Virus record (IMG/VR): IMGVR_UViG_3300046518_000260
Span: 1-64,000 of that record
Strand: one strand, 5' to 3'
DNA from: a virus
Lineage: Duplodnaviria > Caudoviricetes
DNA: 64,000 nucleotides
Numbering within the stretch: position 1 is the stretch's first letter; every line of letters starts with the position of its first letter. Shown piece after piece: positions 27,797 to 36,398 of this stretch. The position numbers were made by a program, and so were the translations under genes. The notes under the pieces are model-generated. The model had not been told where the DNA came from. It made no database searches and saw only the letters and a program-made list of their open reading frames with translations.

Positions 27797-27952
27797 TTAA
27801 TCTGTGTTAACGGCCTTGTTCACAAACAGAATTGTATAGTGGTCGGGGTTCTCGGTCATGGAAACTACTTCCCAACCGACCGCTGCCAACTCACCAATCA
27901 CTTCTTCGATTTCGTTGGCGTCTCGGGCTAGCCGGACCGTATATTGGCTCAC
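27797..27952 (-). CDS. small DUF4177-like protein
   Basis: GGGGAG SD, GTG; ELAAVGWEVVS motif. Confidence 0.55.
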   Translation of the reverse strand: MSQYTVRLARDANEIEEVIGELAAVGWEVVSMTENPDHYTILFVNKAVNTD

Positions 27953-28188
27953 AGTAACTCCCCTTTGCTTGGTTCCGCCTTGGCCGTGAAGCACGGGCAA
28001 ACAGCGCAATGTTCTATTAAGATGGACGCCTTTAGCGGAGGCCACTTGAAATCGTACTGTCGCGTAACGCTGACCGGCATGGCATATGCAGGGACCGTGA
28101 AGCCGCAACTATAGGCCCAATTCTTCCGCACGCGCACAACGCCATCAGTGTCCGGCTTCGCCTGCAGATGGATGCAATGTTTACTCAC
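27949..28188 (-). CDS. Cys-containing hypothetical protein
   Basis: GAGG SD, GTG 28188. Confidence 0.5.
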   Translation of the reverse strand: MSKHCIHLQAKPDTDGVVRVRKNWAYSCGFTVPAYAMPVSVTRQYDFKWPPLKASILIEHCAVCPCFTAKAEPSKGELL

Positions 28189-28546
28189 CGCCGTCGTCCT
28201 CTTCCGGTATCTGTGCCACCAAAGGCGCGGCGGTATCGCTGAACGCCCGGCTAGGGCGGATGCGGCTTTCGGCATTGCGGCGCACTGGTCCGTCGGCGTC
28301 GAAGTCGTCTGCAAATACCACGTCGATTTCGTTGCTGGTAACTTGCCAGCCCGTGGCGCTCCGCCGGTCCGCAACCACGGTCACGGGCTTGTCGCCTTGC
28401 AGGGCTTTTATCGCCTTGCTGTTATCCGTCGGGTGCTGCATCGCCGACATTACCATGACCGGCGCTCCATTTCCGAGATTGTTATACTTGTGCTTGAAGC
28501 CAAGGCAATCAGCGTAACTGCGGACCCAATACAGCGTCTTGGTCAT
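28181..28546 (-). CDS. hypothetical protein
   Basis: 121 aa, GGAG SD. Confidence 0.65.
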   Translation of the reverse strand: MTKTLYWVRSYADCLGFKHKYNNLGNGAPVMVMSAMQHPTDNSKAIKALQGDKPVTVVADRRSATGWQVTSNEIDVVFADDFDADGPVRRNAESRIRPSRAFSDTAAPLVAQIPEEDDGGE

Positions 28547-28746
28547 GTCGGCTCCCTGTACGAAACCCGCACGCGTTCTGGGAAAACATACCAGTAACGC
28601 TCTGGCGTTCTGGCAAGCTCACGCATGGCCTGAGCGCGCAAGTGGTCCACAAGTGGGCCGCTGGTCCTGCCGTACCAAACGCCATTCTGGAGCCACTCCA
28701 GTAGCAGCGGTTCGGCCTTCACTGTTCGGGATGATTGTCCAGCCAT
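28543..28746 (-). CDS. hypothetical protein (start may be GTG 28722)
   Basis: Operon fit. Confidence 0.5.
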   Translation of the reverse strand: MAGQSSRTVKAEPLLLEWLQNGVWYGRTSGPLVDHLRAQAMRELARTPERYWYVFPERVRVSYREPT

Positions 28747-28916
28747 TCCTTAGCCGCTCCTATCAGTTTGAATTGCACCTTGGGGTCAGCCTGCCCGATA
28801 ATGATCTCGGCAAACTTGCGCTTCATGCCGTCGGACACATCCGTGCCGCGCATCAGGTGTCGCCCCATGGTCTCAAGCGAACTATCGCTCCAGCGGGTCA
28901 TAGGTCCTCGCTCCAT
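28719..28916 (-). CDS. hypothetical protein
   Basis: 65 aa. Confidence 0.55.
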   Translation of the reverse strand: MERGPMTRWSDSSLETMGRHLMRGTDVSDGMKRKFAEIIIGQADPKVQFKLIGAAKEWLDNHPEQ

Positions 28917-29332
28917 GTGTCTAGCTGGTAGTAGAACGTTTCCGCCTGCTCCTGCTCGCTATAGGTACGGTGCCAGTCGTGTGACCAAACCTCCGGGCCT
29001 TCCAGTATATCGTACCGTAGAGCGAAGACCAGCCATCCCCAAGGGTAAACACCCATACCGGGCTCAAATCGCCTGTACTCGCCCCTGAGCAGCCCTTGTG
29101 CTGGTCGTGCCACGGTATGGCCGAACAAATTCTGCTCCGCCTCACGCAATATGCCAATGTGCACGTCCATGTCGTCAATGTATGCTGGCTCGCGACCGTC
29201 CCAATGGATGACCTTGTGCCAGACTTTGCCGACCATAACCGCTTCGATTGGGTCCATTTCAATCTTAAGCAGGTTGCCGATCTGGCTCGCTTCCTGCTCG
29301 AAAATCACCCGTAAATGTGTCAACCTGCCCAC
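28898..29332 (-). CDS. hypothetical protein
   Basis: 144 aa, GGAG SD, GTG. Confidence 0.6.
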   Translation of the reverse strand: MGRLTHLRVIFEQEASQIGNLLKIEMDPIEAVMVGKVWHKVIHWDGREPAYIDDMDVHIGILREAEQNLFGHTVARPAQGLLRGEYRRFEPGMGVYPWGWLVFALRYDILEGPEVWSHDWHRTYSEQEQAETFYYQLDTWSEDL

Positions 29333-29391
29333 GCTTGCTCACTCCAATTTCAAACGGAAGATAGGGCGGGTTTCCCCGCCCTTGTATCGTG

Positions 29392-30366
29392 TTAGACCAG
29401 CTCGCCCGTGTAACCTGCCATCTGCAGCAAGTAGTCCTTAACGTCAAGCTTCACCTTGGCAAGTTGCCCGAAAGTGGAGTTTGTCAGCCGGGCTGCCGGG
29501 CTACGGCCTGCAACGTGGTCGGCGTAGTGGGTTACGCCATTCAGCAAGCCCCAAGCGTTTTCCGGGATTGCGCCCGGCGCTGAAACAACCGAGTGCAGCA
29601 CCTCAGCCAATACCGGGCTCTGTGCGTCTGGGTTGACCAGCAACATTTTCACGTCGCTGGCATGCTCGGCCATATCCGGCTGGAAGAACGTTGCCAGCGT
29701 CCGCACAGTGTCGTAAGCCGACATCTGCAGGCTGCTAAGCGCTTCGGCTTCCATCTTGTGGACAGCCACGCTTTCACGGGCAAAGGCAAACGTTTCCTTA
29801 GCCTTGGACATGTCAAAGTCCTTCATGTGGTTCTGCCGGTATTCGGTCGCGCCGCCACGGGCGTTTGCCATTGTCAGCGTATTCTGGCAAACCACGCGGA
29901 CCATTGTGGTCATGGCGCGGATTGATGAACCGGGCGCATGGCTGTTCGAAAGCAGCACATAGCCGTTCACAGTGTCACGGCCTTTCAGGGTAAAGCCCTT
30001 GTTGATGTTCGCCAGCGCCCAAATGGTCTTCCCGTCGTACAGGCTGCCAGCGGTTTCCAGCGTGGCGCTACCAGCGTCCACAAAGTCCCGGAAAAATTCC
30101 ATCAGCTCGGCGTTCTGGAAAGGCTTCCAGCCCGTCGAAGAAACCGAAAGAATGCGCTTGTCGGTGTCGCGGGTAACGGCAACCTTGTTCGGCACGGCAA
30201 CCTCTTCGTCGCCAATCTTCACGAACATCGGGTGCTGCGATACAGCCCAATCAAGGCCCGCTGCCTTGGTCATTTCTTCGATGGAAGCGCCCTGCTCCAG
30301 CTTGTTGCCAAGACCGTGCCACGGGGTTGCGCCAACGTATGCCATGGTTTCAACTTCTGCACTCAT
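29392..30366 (-). CDS. DUF932-family protein
   Basis: MAYVGATPWHGLG...AAGLDW...FQN...ETAGSLYDGK...LLSNSH...TMVRVVCQNTL; GGAG SD. Confidence 0.85.
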   Translation of the reverse strand: MSAEVETMAYVGATPWHGLGNKLEQGASIEEMTKAAGLDWAVSQHPMFVKIGDEEVAVPNKVAVTRDTDKRILSVSSTGWKPFQNAELMEFFRDFVDAGSATLETAGSLYDGKTIWALANINKGFTLKGRDTVNGYVLLSNSHAPGSSIRAMTTMVRVVCQNTLTMANARGGATEYRQNHMKDFDMSKAKETFAFARESVAVHKMEAEALSSLQMSAYDTVRTLATFFQPDMAEHASDVKMLLVNPDAQSPVLAEVLHSVVSAPGAIPENAWGLLNGVTHYADHVAGRSPAARLTNSTFGQLAKVKLDVKDYLLQMAGYTGELV

Positions 30367-30418
30367 TTTCGTCACTCCTGTTTTGCGACCTTCTCGGTTC
30401 GCCGTTGCCAATGAGAGC

Positions 30419-30492
30419 AACCTAAACGAACATGTCAGGAAATGCAAGGCAGTTTGCCAAGGTTCGGCGGTAATAGTTAATGAAAAGTTAAC
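30419..30492 (-). promoter_or_regulatory. promoter with upstream CtrA-consensus box
   Basis: TTGCAT-N17-TAGGTT (30447-30419); TTAA-TGAAAAG-TTAAC at 30477. Confidence 0.6.
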
Positions 30493-30612
30493 GGGCGTTT
30501 TAGGTAGGCGACGCGCCACGGGCTGGCACTAGCTAGAAAGGGCGGCAAACCGGCTAGATTGGCCCGTGACGCGCGTTAGCGGGCTAAGCGGTACAATGTA
30601 CCCGCCAATACC

Positions 30613-30921
30613 TCAAACGCTACTGGAGGCCTGCTCGTTGGCTTCGGGCAGGTCCGGTAACAGTCCGAGGAATTCACGTTCGTGATCGTTGCCAACATCG
30701 TCAGCGCTAAGGAACCAATTGTCGTAGGCTTCTACGATCGTGGCGTCGCTGTACGGCGCAATCTCTTCCTTGAATTTGTAGCGCAGGTTTCGCACCAAAC
30801 TTTCGTTCCGAAATTCCACCTGCTCAGCCGTCAGCCTTCCCCAATTTGGGTCGTGTGGGACAGGCGACATTTCCGCCAATGCCTTTTCCATGTGGGCCTT
30901 CATCTCTTCCGAGTTGGTCAT
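30613..30921 (-). CDS. hypothetical protein
   Basis: 102 aa, AAGGAGG SD. Confidence 0.75.
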   Translation of the reverse strand: MTNSEEMKAHMEKALAEMSPVPHDPNWGRLTAEQVEFRNESLVRNLRYKFKEEIAPYSDATIVEAYDNWFLSADDVGNDHEREFLGLLPDLPEANEQASSSV

Positions 30922-31037
30922 GCTGTCCTCCTTCTATGCAACGTTACTAAAATGCAAGGCAGTTTGCAACGCAATAAACAACAAGGTATTTTACGCCTAA
31001 AGAGGTAGCCCGACATTTCAGCCGGGCTTGCCAAGTG

Positions 31038-31295
31038 CTAAGCGGTAATATCGTCAAACAGCGTGCCGCCGTTCGGCCAATCTGGACCAAAGCGCATCGC
31101 CATAAACGTCACCCCGTCGTCCCACGTGAAGTAAAGGACTTCGCCTGCTTCCAGCTTGTGCACGGTCGCGCCTTCGGCCTTGGCTGCATAGGCCACCCGC
31201 CAGTTAAGCAGGTAGTCTGTCAACGTGTTACCGCTGCCAAAGTCGCCATTAGCAAGCCGCGCGGACAGGTCCGCATGCGTGAGCAGTTCTTCCAT
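31038..31295 (-). CDS. hypothetical protein
   Basis: 85 aa, AGGAG SD. Confidence 0.7.
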   Translation of the reverse strand: MEELLTHADLSARLANGDFGSGNTLTDYLLNWRVAYAAKAEGATVHKLEAGEVLYFTWDDGVTFMAMRFGPDWPNGGTLFDDITA

Positions 31296-31360
31296 AATAT
31301 CTCCTATGTTGTTAACCTTGACAGTCTAGCAACCGCCGCTGTAAAATACAAGGTATTTTA

Positions 31361-31395
31361 TTAAAAAAGAAAAGCCCGGCATTTGCGCCGGGCTT
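31361..31395 (-). terminator. intrinsic terminator
   Basis: AAGCCCGGC/GCCGGGCTT stem then TTCTTTTTT. Confidence 0.8.
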
Positions 31396-31414
31396 GTTGG
31401 TGCAGGCTTGAAGG

Positions 31415-32329
31415 TTACTTGGCCTTCTTGTCAGCGGCAGCCTTGTCGGCAGCGACGGCGGCTTCGGAAGCAGCCTTGTCAGCGGCAGCCTTTTCGTCGG
31501 CAGCGGCCTTGTCGGCAATCTTCTTGTCTTCCTTGGCCTTCTTGTCGGCGTCAGCCTTGGTCTTCTTTTCGAGATCGGCAGCGTCCTTTTCGGCCTTCTT
31601 CTTGGCCTTGGCTTCTTCTTCAGCCTTGGCCTTTTCGCCGGCGACGGCTTCGGCACTGACGCGGGCTGCATCGAGGGCAGCAATCTCGGCAGCGCGCTCT
31701 TCAGGCGTTGCGCCAGTCAGGAACACGATGTTGCCCTTGTCCAAGTCGTACTGCAAGTCCACGTAACGACCGCCACCCGACTTCGTCAGGTATTCCTCGG
31801 TCGTGCAACCCGGATTTGCAATGATGTATTGCAAGGCATTGATGCCGACGCCCGTGCCGCCAATTCGGCGGCCGTTCAGGGCAGCGCCGGACCGTGCATA
31901 AAACTTGTTGGAAAGCGGCGAAGAACGGCCTTCGGCGGCTGCCTTGTTGGCCTTTTCCTTCGCAGGCTTCTTGGTCTTCAGCGCCGAAGCAAGCTTTTCG
32001 GTTTCGCTGGAACCGGCAGCCGGTGCAGCCTTCATGGAAGCCGCAACTTCCGTCAGCTTTTCAGCAAGCGCAGCCGAACCGATCTTGCGGTCCTTGAAAC
32101 CGGCAACCTTCTTCGGCGCAATCTTGTTGTACGCCTCGACGATCGATGCCAGCGTAATTTCGTTGTCTTCGGCAATGCCTTCAGCCGTGGTGATCGGTGC
32201 CTTGTCCGGGAAAGCCGTGGTAAAGCCGTCCTTGCCGTCAAGTTCGAGGAAGGCGCGAATTTTGACGCCATCCCAAGCTACGAAAAATGCTGCCGTTGCT
32301 GCCGCTGCCGTCGTTACGATATCATTCAT
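31415..32329 (-). CDS. protein with wHTH-like core and Lys/Ala-rich histone-H1-like tail
   Basis: GGAG SD before MNDIV; AKKKAEKDAAD...DKAAADKKAK; promoter TTGCAA-N16-TATAAG at 32417-32390. Confidence 0.75.
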   Translation of the reverse strand: MNDIVTTAAAATAAFFVAWDGVKIRAFLELDGKDGFTTAFPDKAPITTAEGIAEDNEITLASIVEAYNKIAPKKVAGFKDRKIGSAALAEKLTEVAASMKAAPAAGSSETEKLASALKTKKPAKEKANKAAAEGRSSPLSNKFYARSGAALNGRRIGGTGVGINALQYIIANPGCTTEEYLTKSGGGRYVDLQYDLDKGNIVFLTGATPEERAAEIAALDAARVSAEAVAGEKAKAEEEAKAKKKAEKDAADLEKKTKADADKKAKEDKKIADKAAADEKAAADKAASEAAVAADKAAADKKAK

Positions 32330-32539
32330 TGCCGTTACTCCGTTGGGTTTGGTTTGATTTGTCGGCCTCGTTTGCCGCCGATGACCATACTTATAATCCA
32401 TTCTCCGAACATTGCAAACGAAAAAATGGCCTCGGGCAAATTTTTCAGCAACTTTGGCCTAAGCCTTTGTTTTTGTTCGCATAAAACTTCACTCCCCTGC
32501 ATTTGCCACACGGCCCACGGCCCCAAAGTGACGGGCTAC

Positions 32540-32795
32540 ACTCTATATATACATGAGAGCTGATATTTAAAATTGTTCATAATTTTATGTAAAATACAAC
32601 CATTGGGGAATTAAGTAAAATTGTAGAAATAGTTTAATGAAAGTTTTATCATTTACAGATTGTCTAAAACTTTATCAATTATGATTTAAGTAAAAGTTTA
32701 TCAATTAAAGTTTATCTAAAATTGTATCAAACTGCCTTTTATTAAAATTGTATCTATCAACTATGTGGCATTTTATTAAAATGCAATCTATCAGC
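32540..32795. other. very AT-rich island with short iterated motifs (origin candidate)
   Basis: AAA(G/C/A)TT(T/G)(T)ATC at about 32640, 32667, 32693, 32707, 32718, 32744; 34-bp-period direct repeat at 32737/32771. Confidence 0.5.
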
Positions 32796-32902
32796 TTTTG
32801 CTGCGCCGCAGCACGGCCTTGCCGCCGCCCGGTTGCCGGGCCTGCCTCCCGCGAGCGGGCGAGCGCGGCGCACGGAGCGGGGAAACCGGGGCAGCGGCGC
32901 GC

Positions 32903-32935
32903 GGCTGATATAAAGCGCTGGGAAATTAGATACAG
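32903..32935. repeat. conserved box, copy 2
   Basis: GGCTGATATAAAGCGCTGGGAAATTAGATACAG. Confidence 0.7.
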
Positions 32936-33122
32936 TGAGCGATCAATGACCATGGATATTACTAGACGCAGCTCGGCCCGACGCACGGCTTCCGGGGTCC
33001 AAGGGGAATGTGAGCGTCGGGCCTAAATATATCTGGGCGTAATCCGCAACAGATGGTTCGCATGATGCTTCGGGTTCTATGGGCCTCACCTGACCTTTCT
33101 ATTGTCAGAGCAAACTTGGGGC

Positions 33123-33195
33123 AAAATCAGACCGGCCATTCTCTCCGGAGAAAATCAGACCGGCCATCGATCGCCAGGAAAATCAGACCGGCCAT
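33123..33195. repeat. 28-nt-period direct-repeat array (3 units)
   Basis: AAAATCAGACCGGCCAT exact at 33123, 33151, 33179 with unique 11-nt spacers. Confidence 0.95.
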
Positions 33196-33939
33196 TCAAG
33201 TTGAAACTTTATCGGCCACCAGCCCGGCAATCAGTTTCGCCTTGGCGGCTTTGAAGTCTTTTTCCCGTTCGCCGGAAACGACACCGTCAACCACACTCTG
33301 CGCTTCTGCGACAATGGCCCGGCATTCAAGCATGACGGAAACTTCAACTTCGCTGAGCACGAACTTGAAAACATTCTCCGGGATCGGCTCGTGGTAGTTG
33401 AACCTACCGCTGACTTCCCATGTCATTTCATAGTCGCCAGGATGCGCATAGGTAGTCGAAGATTTGGCAGGCTTCAACCGAGCAGGATCGTACTTTTTGA
33501 CCGGCTCAGCGATAGCATCCCAATCTACCACTAGAGGTTCAGGTTCAGGGGCGAACGGAGCTCTGTTCCATTCTTCCAATGCATAGTCCAGCGCTTCGGC
33601 GAAGTCGCGGGCCTTCTTGATCGCTCTGGTGTAATTGTTGATCTTGAAATCAGAGTTCAAGTTGACCGTAGCGATGATCGCTTTCCCGGTTAACGCCGCT
33701 CCAAGCTCGACGAGGGTGCCGCTATGTGCTTCACCCTGCTCGCGGAACAGAATGAAAATGTCACACTCGGCAGCTTCACTGATGCATGCTGCCCAAAGGT
33801 CGTCCCAATCGTGGGTGCTTCCGGGCTCAGCTTGATCGATCCAACTTGAAACGATCCTGAAACCGTCTGCACGCAGATCGCGCCAGCGCTGTGCCCATGT
33901 GGCCTTGCTCGCGATATAAATCTTTGGCCGCTTGTCCAT
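33196..33939 (-). CDS. nucleoside 2-deoxyribosyltransferase-like domain protein
   Basis: KIYIAS...SSWID...ISEAAECDIFILF...SGTLVELGAAL; GGAG SD. Confidence 0.65.
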   Translation of the reverse strand: MDKRPKIYIASKATWAQRWRDLRADGFRIVSSWIDQAEPGSTHDWDDLWAACISEAAECDIFILFREQGEAHSGTLVELGAALTGKAIIATVNLNSDFKINNYTRAIKKARDFAEALDYALEEWNRAPFAPEPEPLVVDWDAIAEPVKKYDPARLKPAKSSTTYAHPGDYEMTWEVSGRFNYHEPIPENVFKFVLSEVEVSVMLECRAIVAEAQSVVDGVVSGEREKDFKAAKAKLIAGLVADKVST

Positions 33940-33940
33940 T

Positions 33941-34681
33941 CTATTCTCCGATCGCAACGTTATGATATTTGTCGTCAATGTCGTTCAGCAGCACGGCGAC
34001 GAACTCTTCCAGCCCAGAGCCAGGCACCAATTCCACAGCACGAACTTTCTTGTGCCATTTGGCTGTGATCATTGCCCGTGCTTCAAGAAGAGCCTCCAAC
34101 TTGCCGTTGCGCTTGGCGTCTGTCTGTGTAGACTTGATGGCTGCCAACGCCACGCGGGCCTCAGGAGGCTCAAGCCCCAACTGGATGACATTAACAACGG
34201 AGATCGGCATGGTATCGCCGAATATTGCCGCTACATCTGCTAACGTCAGCGGTTGCTCAGCTGCCTTTGGTTCAAGCTCGTCACTTGATTGGGGCTTCGT
34301 CGACCATTTGTGATGCCACATGAACGCAAGGTAGATCGCAACGTCGCGCGGGTCGCCTTTGTCAATATGATGGAACATGCCGCGCCTGCACGAATGCTCC
34401 CAATTATCTTCCTTCCACCCTTCTGGATGGTATCCGTACTTCTCTTGCGCCGCGAACGCCTTCTGCTTCAATGCTTCTGCGAATTCATCGATAAGTGTAT
34501 CGATCGGCCAGTCTGGAACACCCTTGGGGAACTTGTCCAAGAACACCTTCCATTCAGGCCATTCTCGGTCGAGCACATCCCATTCGCCATGGGTCCATGC
34601 GCTGAGGAAACTTTGCACTTCAGAACCGGTTACAAGGGCGAACTGAAGAGCGGCATGTATATTTTCGTAAGGGTGGCTCAC
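33941..34681 (-). CDS. conserved phage protein
   Basis: EFAEALKQKAFAAQEKYGY...HHIDKGDPRDVAIYLAFMWHH helical motif. Confidence 0.65.
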   Translation of the reverse strand: MSHPYENIHAALQFALVTGSEVQSFLSAWTHGEWDVLDREWPEWKVFLDKFPKGVPDWPIDTLIDEFAEALKQKAFAAQEKYGYHPEGWKEDNWEHSCRRGMFHHIDKGDPRDVAIYLAFMWHHKWSTKPQSSDELEPKAAEQPLTLADVAAIFGDTMPISVVNVIQLGLEPPEARVALAAIKSTQTDAKRNGKLEALLEARAMITAKWHKKVRAVELVPGSGLEEFVAVLLNDIDDKYHNVAIGE

Positions 34682-34683
34682 TG

Positions 34684-35169
34684 CTATCTCCCAAGGATGT
34701 AGTCAGGTCGACGGGCATTGTTCGGCGGACAAACAGCCAGGATGCGCCAACCGTCGTCGAGTTTCTTTTGCACGTCTTCTGTGCAGGCGTCGTCCAGCCA
34801 CGTGACATTCTTGATCGCCATTAGCGCGAAATCTGGAATGGTTATCTGCACCGCATGACCGTTCATCAGCATTCTGGCTTTATCACCATACTTTTCATCA
34901 GCCGTGATGCGATCATGCATGCGGGTCAGCATGGTGCCTTTGTACGGCTCTGCCGTCATGGCTATGCCGCCTTCAAACAACTCCATGTATTCCGGCCACA
35001 TCAGGCGCTCTGCGCTCCAATGATGGTACGCCGCCTTGTCTTCGGCTTCGACCCACTCAGCGAGCGATTTATTGTCACGCTTTATAGTGGGCCAGATATT
35101 ATAGAACAATTCTTTCTGTTCTGGCGTGGACTTTTCATACCAGCCATAGCTCGGCGATACTATCAACAT
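34684..35169 (-). CDS. conserved phage protein
   Basis: DDACTEDVQKKLDDGWRILAVCPP...RRPDYILGR. Confidence 0.65.
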   Translation of the reverse strand: MLIVSPSYGWYEKSTPEQKELFYNIWPTIKRDNKSLAEWVEAEDKAAYHHWSAERLMWPEYMELFEGGIAMTAEPYKGTMLTRMHDRITADEKYGDKARMLMNGHAVQITIPDFALMAIKNVTWLDDACTEDVQKKLDDGWRILAVCPPNNARRPDYILGR

Positions 35170-35462
35170 TAGAATGTCTCCACGATGCCATATTGGTCGA
35201 GGCCAAGCGTTGCATCGACCAGCGGTTGCGGCAGGTTCTTGTTTTCCAACAAGTGTTTGCCTACGACAAGCGCCATCTCTTCAATAGCCTCGACAGTCGC
35301 CGGGTAGCTGTCGAGCGCGTCAGCCCAAGTGATGACGTCTGCCGGGCCAACCGGTTCGCCTGTGACCGTGTCAGTCTCTTGCTCAACGACCGGATCGAAT
35401 TCGTACAGGGCTTGCGCAAGGCGTTTATACCTTTCATTCATACCAGTTAAGTCTTGTGTCAT
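35169..35462 (-). CDS. hypothetical protein
   Basis: AGGAG SD. Confidence 0.65.
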   Translation of the reverse strand: MTQDLTGMNERYKRLAQALYEFDPVVEQETDTVTGEPVGPADVITWADALDSYPATVEAIEEMALVVGKHLLENKNLPQPLVDATLGLDQYGIVETF

Positions 35463-36117
35463 AAGGCTTAATCTCCTCTACTTTGACCATGGTCTGCCAA
35501 CGGTCTGTGCTGTCACCAAACAATGACATTTGACCGTCGTACTTTACATTCAGGACGCGCTTGCGGGTGAACCATATCACCGCCTGCAATTGGTTTGGGA
35601 TCAATCCCAATTGGTTCGCCAGCCGCTTGGTCGTCGATGCGACTTCCTTGTATACGCGCGGGCTGACGATGTTTTCCTTCATGGTTCCATCGTTGCCGCG
35701 ATAAGCGCCGACCATGTGCCCGTCAATAGTGACGAACTCCTTGTGGTCCGGAAACAAGATATTGTGATAGAATGCCCGTATCTTAGGCCCACGGGCCGTC
35801 AGAAGAAAGTCTTGCTGCTTTGTCACGTATGCATAGGCCCTGTCACGGCAGCCCTTGTAGGTGGCAACCGTAATGTCGTCAACTTGCGCGCCTCTGCGCA
35901 CCCCTTCCAGCACACTGATAAGTGACCGGAGGTTCCCCAAGTAGTCACTATTGGGGCTGAGCGCGACGAACGCTGCCGTCACTTCCCGCACGTCATGACC
36001 GTAGACTTTGGCGATTGAATGCATCATCTGATGATACCGCCAATACGCCAACTTACCTTCGGTCAGGTCAGTGGTGTCCGCCTGCTCGAACATCCGTTTC
36101 AGGTTAGCGTGGCTCAC
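35434..36117 (-). CDS. HhH-superfamily DNA glycosylase-like phage protein (DUF7178-like)
   Basis: AAFVALSPN...GPKIRAFYHNI...VTIDGH...LIPNQLQAVIW. Confidence 0.6.
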   Translation of the reverse strand: MSHANLKRMFEQADTTDLTEGKLAYWRYHQMMHSIAKVYGHDVREVTAAFVALSPNSDYLGNLRSLISVLEGVRRGAQVDDITVATYKGCRDRAYAYVTKQQDFLLTARGPKIRAFYHNILFPDHKEFVTIDGHMVGAYRGNDGTMKENIVSPRVYKEVASTTKRLANQLGLIPNQLQAVIWFTRKRVLNVKYDGQMSLFGDSTDRWQTMVKVEEIKPYDTRLNWYE

Positions 36118-36398
36118 CCGAGTAACAACTGTGCTTTTCGTTCATCAAGGTCAATGGCCCCAACAACGTCACCCGTGCACAGTCGGCCGAGTGCGTCCTG
36201 GAACAACTGCCCGGTCCAGCTGATATGCGCCAGCCGGGTTGCCGACTTCGTGGTTGCGCCGTCCATCATCAGCCGGACGAAGCCGCTGCCTGACTTTGCA
36301 TACAAATATCCATTCCAAGTATACAGCTCGGTCTGGGAGTAAACTCCGTTCGTGACCAAGATAGCCGCTTCGCCTTCAACCTGCTTAAAGAAACTCAT
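36114..36398 (-). CDS. hypothetical protein
   Basis: 94 aa, GTGA overlap. Confidence 0.65.
   Translation of the reverse strand: MSFFKQVEGEAAILVTNGVYSQTELYTWNGYLYAKSGSGFVRLMMDGATTKSATRLAHISWTGQLFQDALGRLCTGDVVGAIDLDERKAQLLLG

Noticed and set aside
31356-31366. TTTTATTAAAA core as a sixth 22-bp motif
   Set aside because: Lacks the TATC half; it is the A-tract of a terminator.
31829-32563. 244-aa plus-strand ORF and many similar long antisense ORFs (e.g. 895-1356, 8707-9408, 10418-11233, 23365-24234, 40699-41391)
   Set aside because: Opposite to well-supported genes; expected shadows in GC-rich coding DNA; no SD or motifs.
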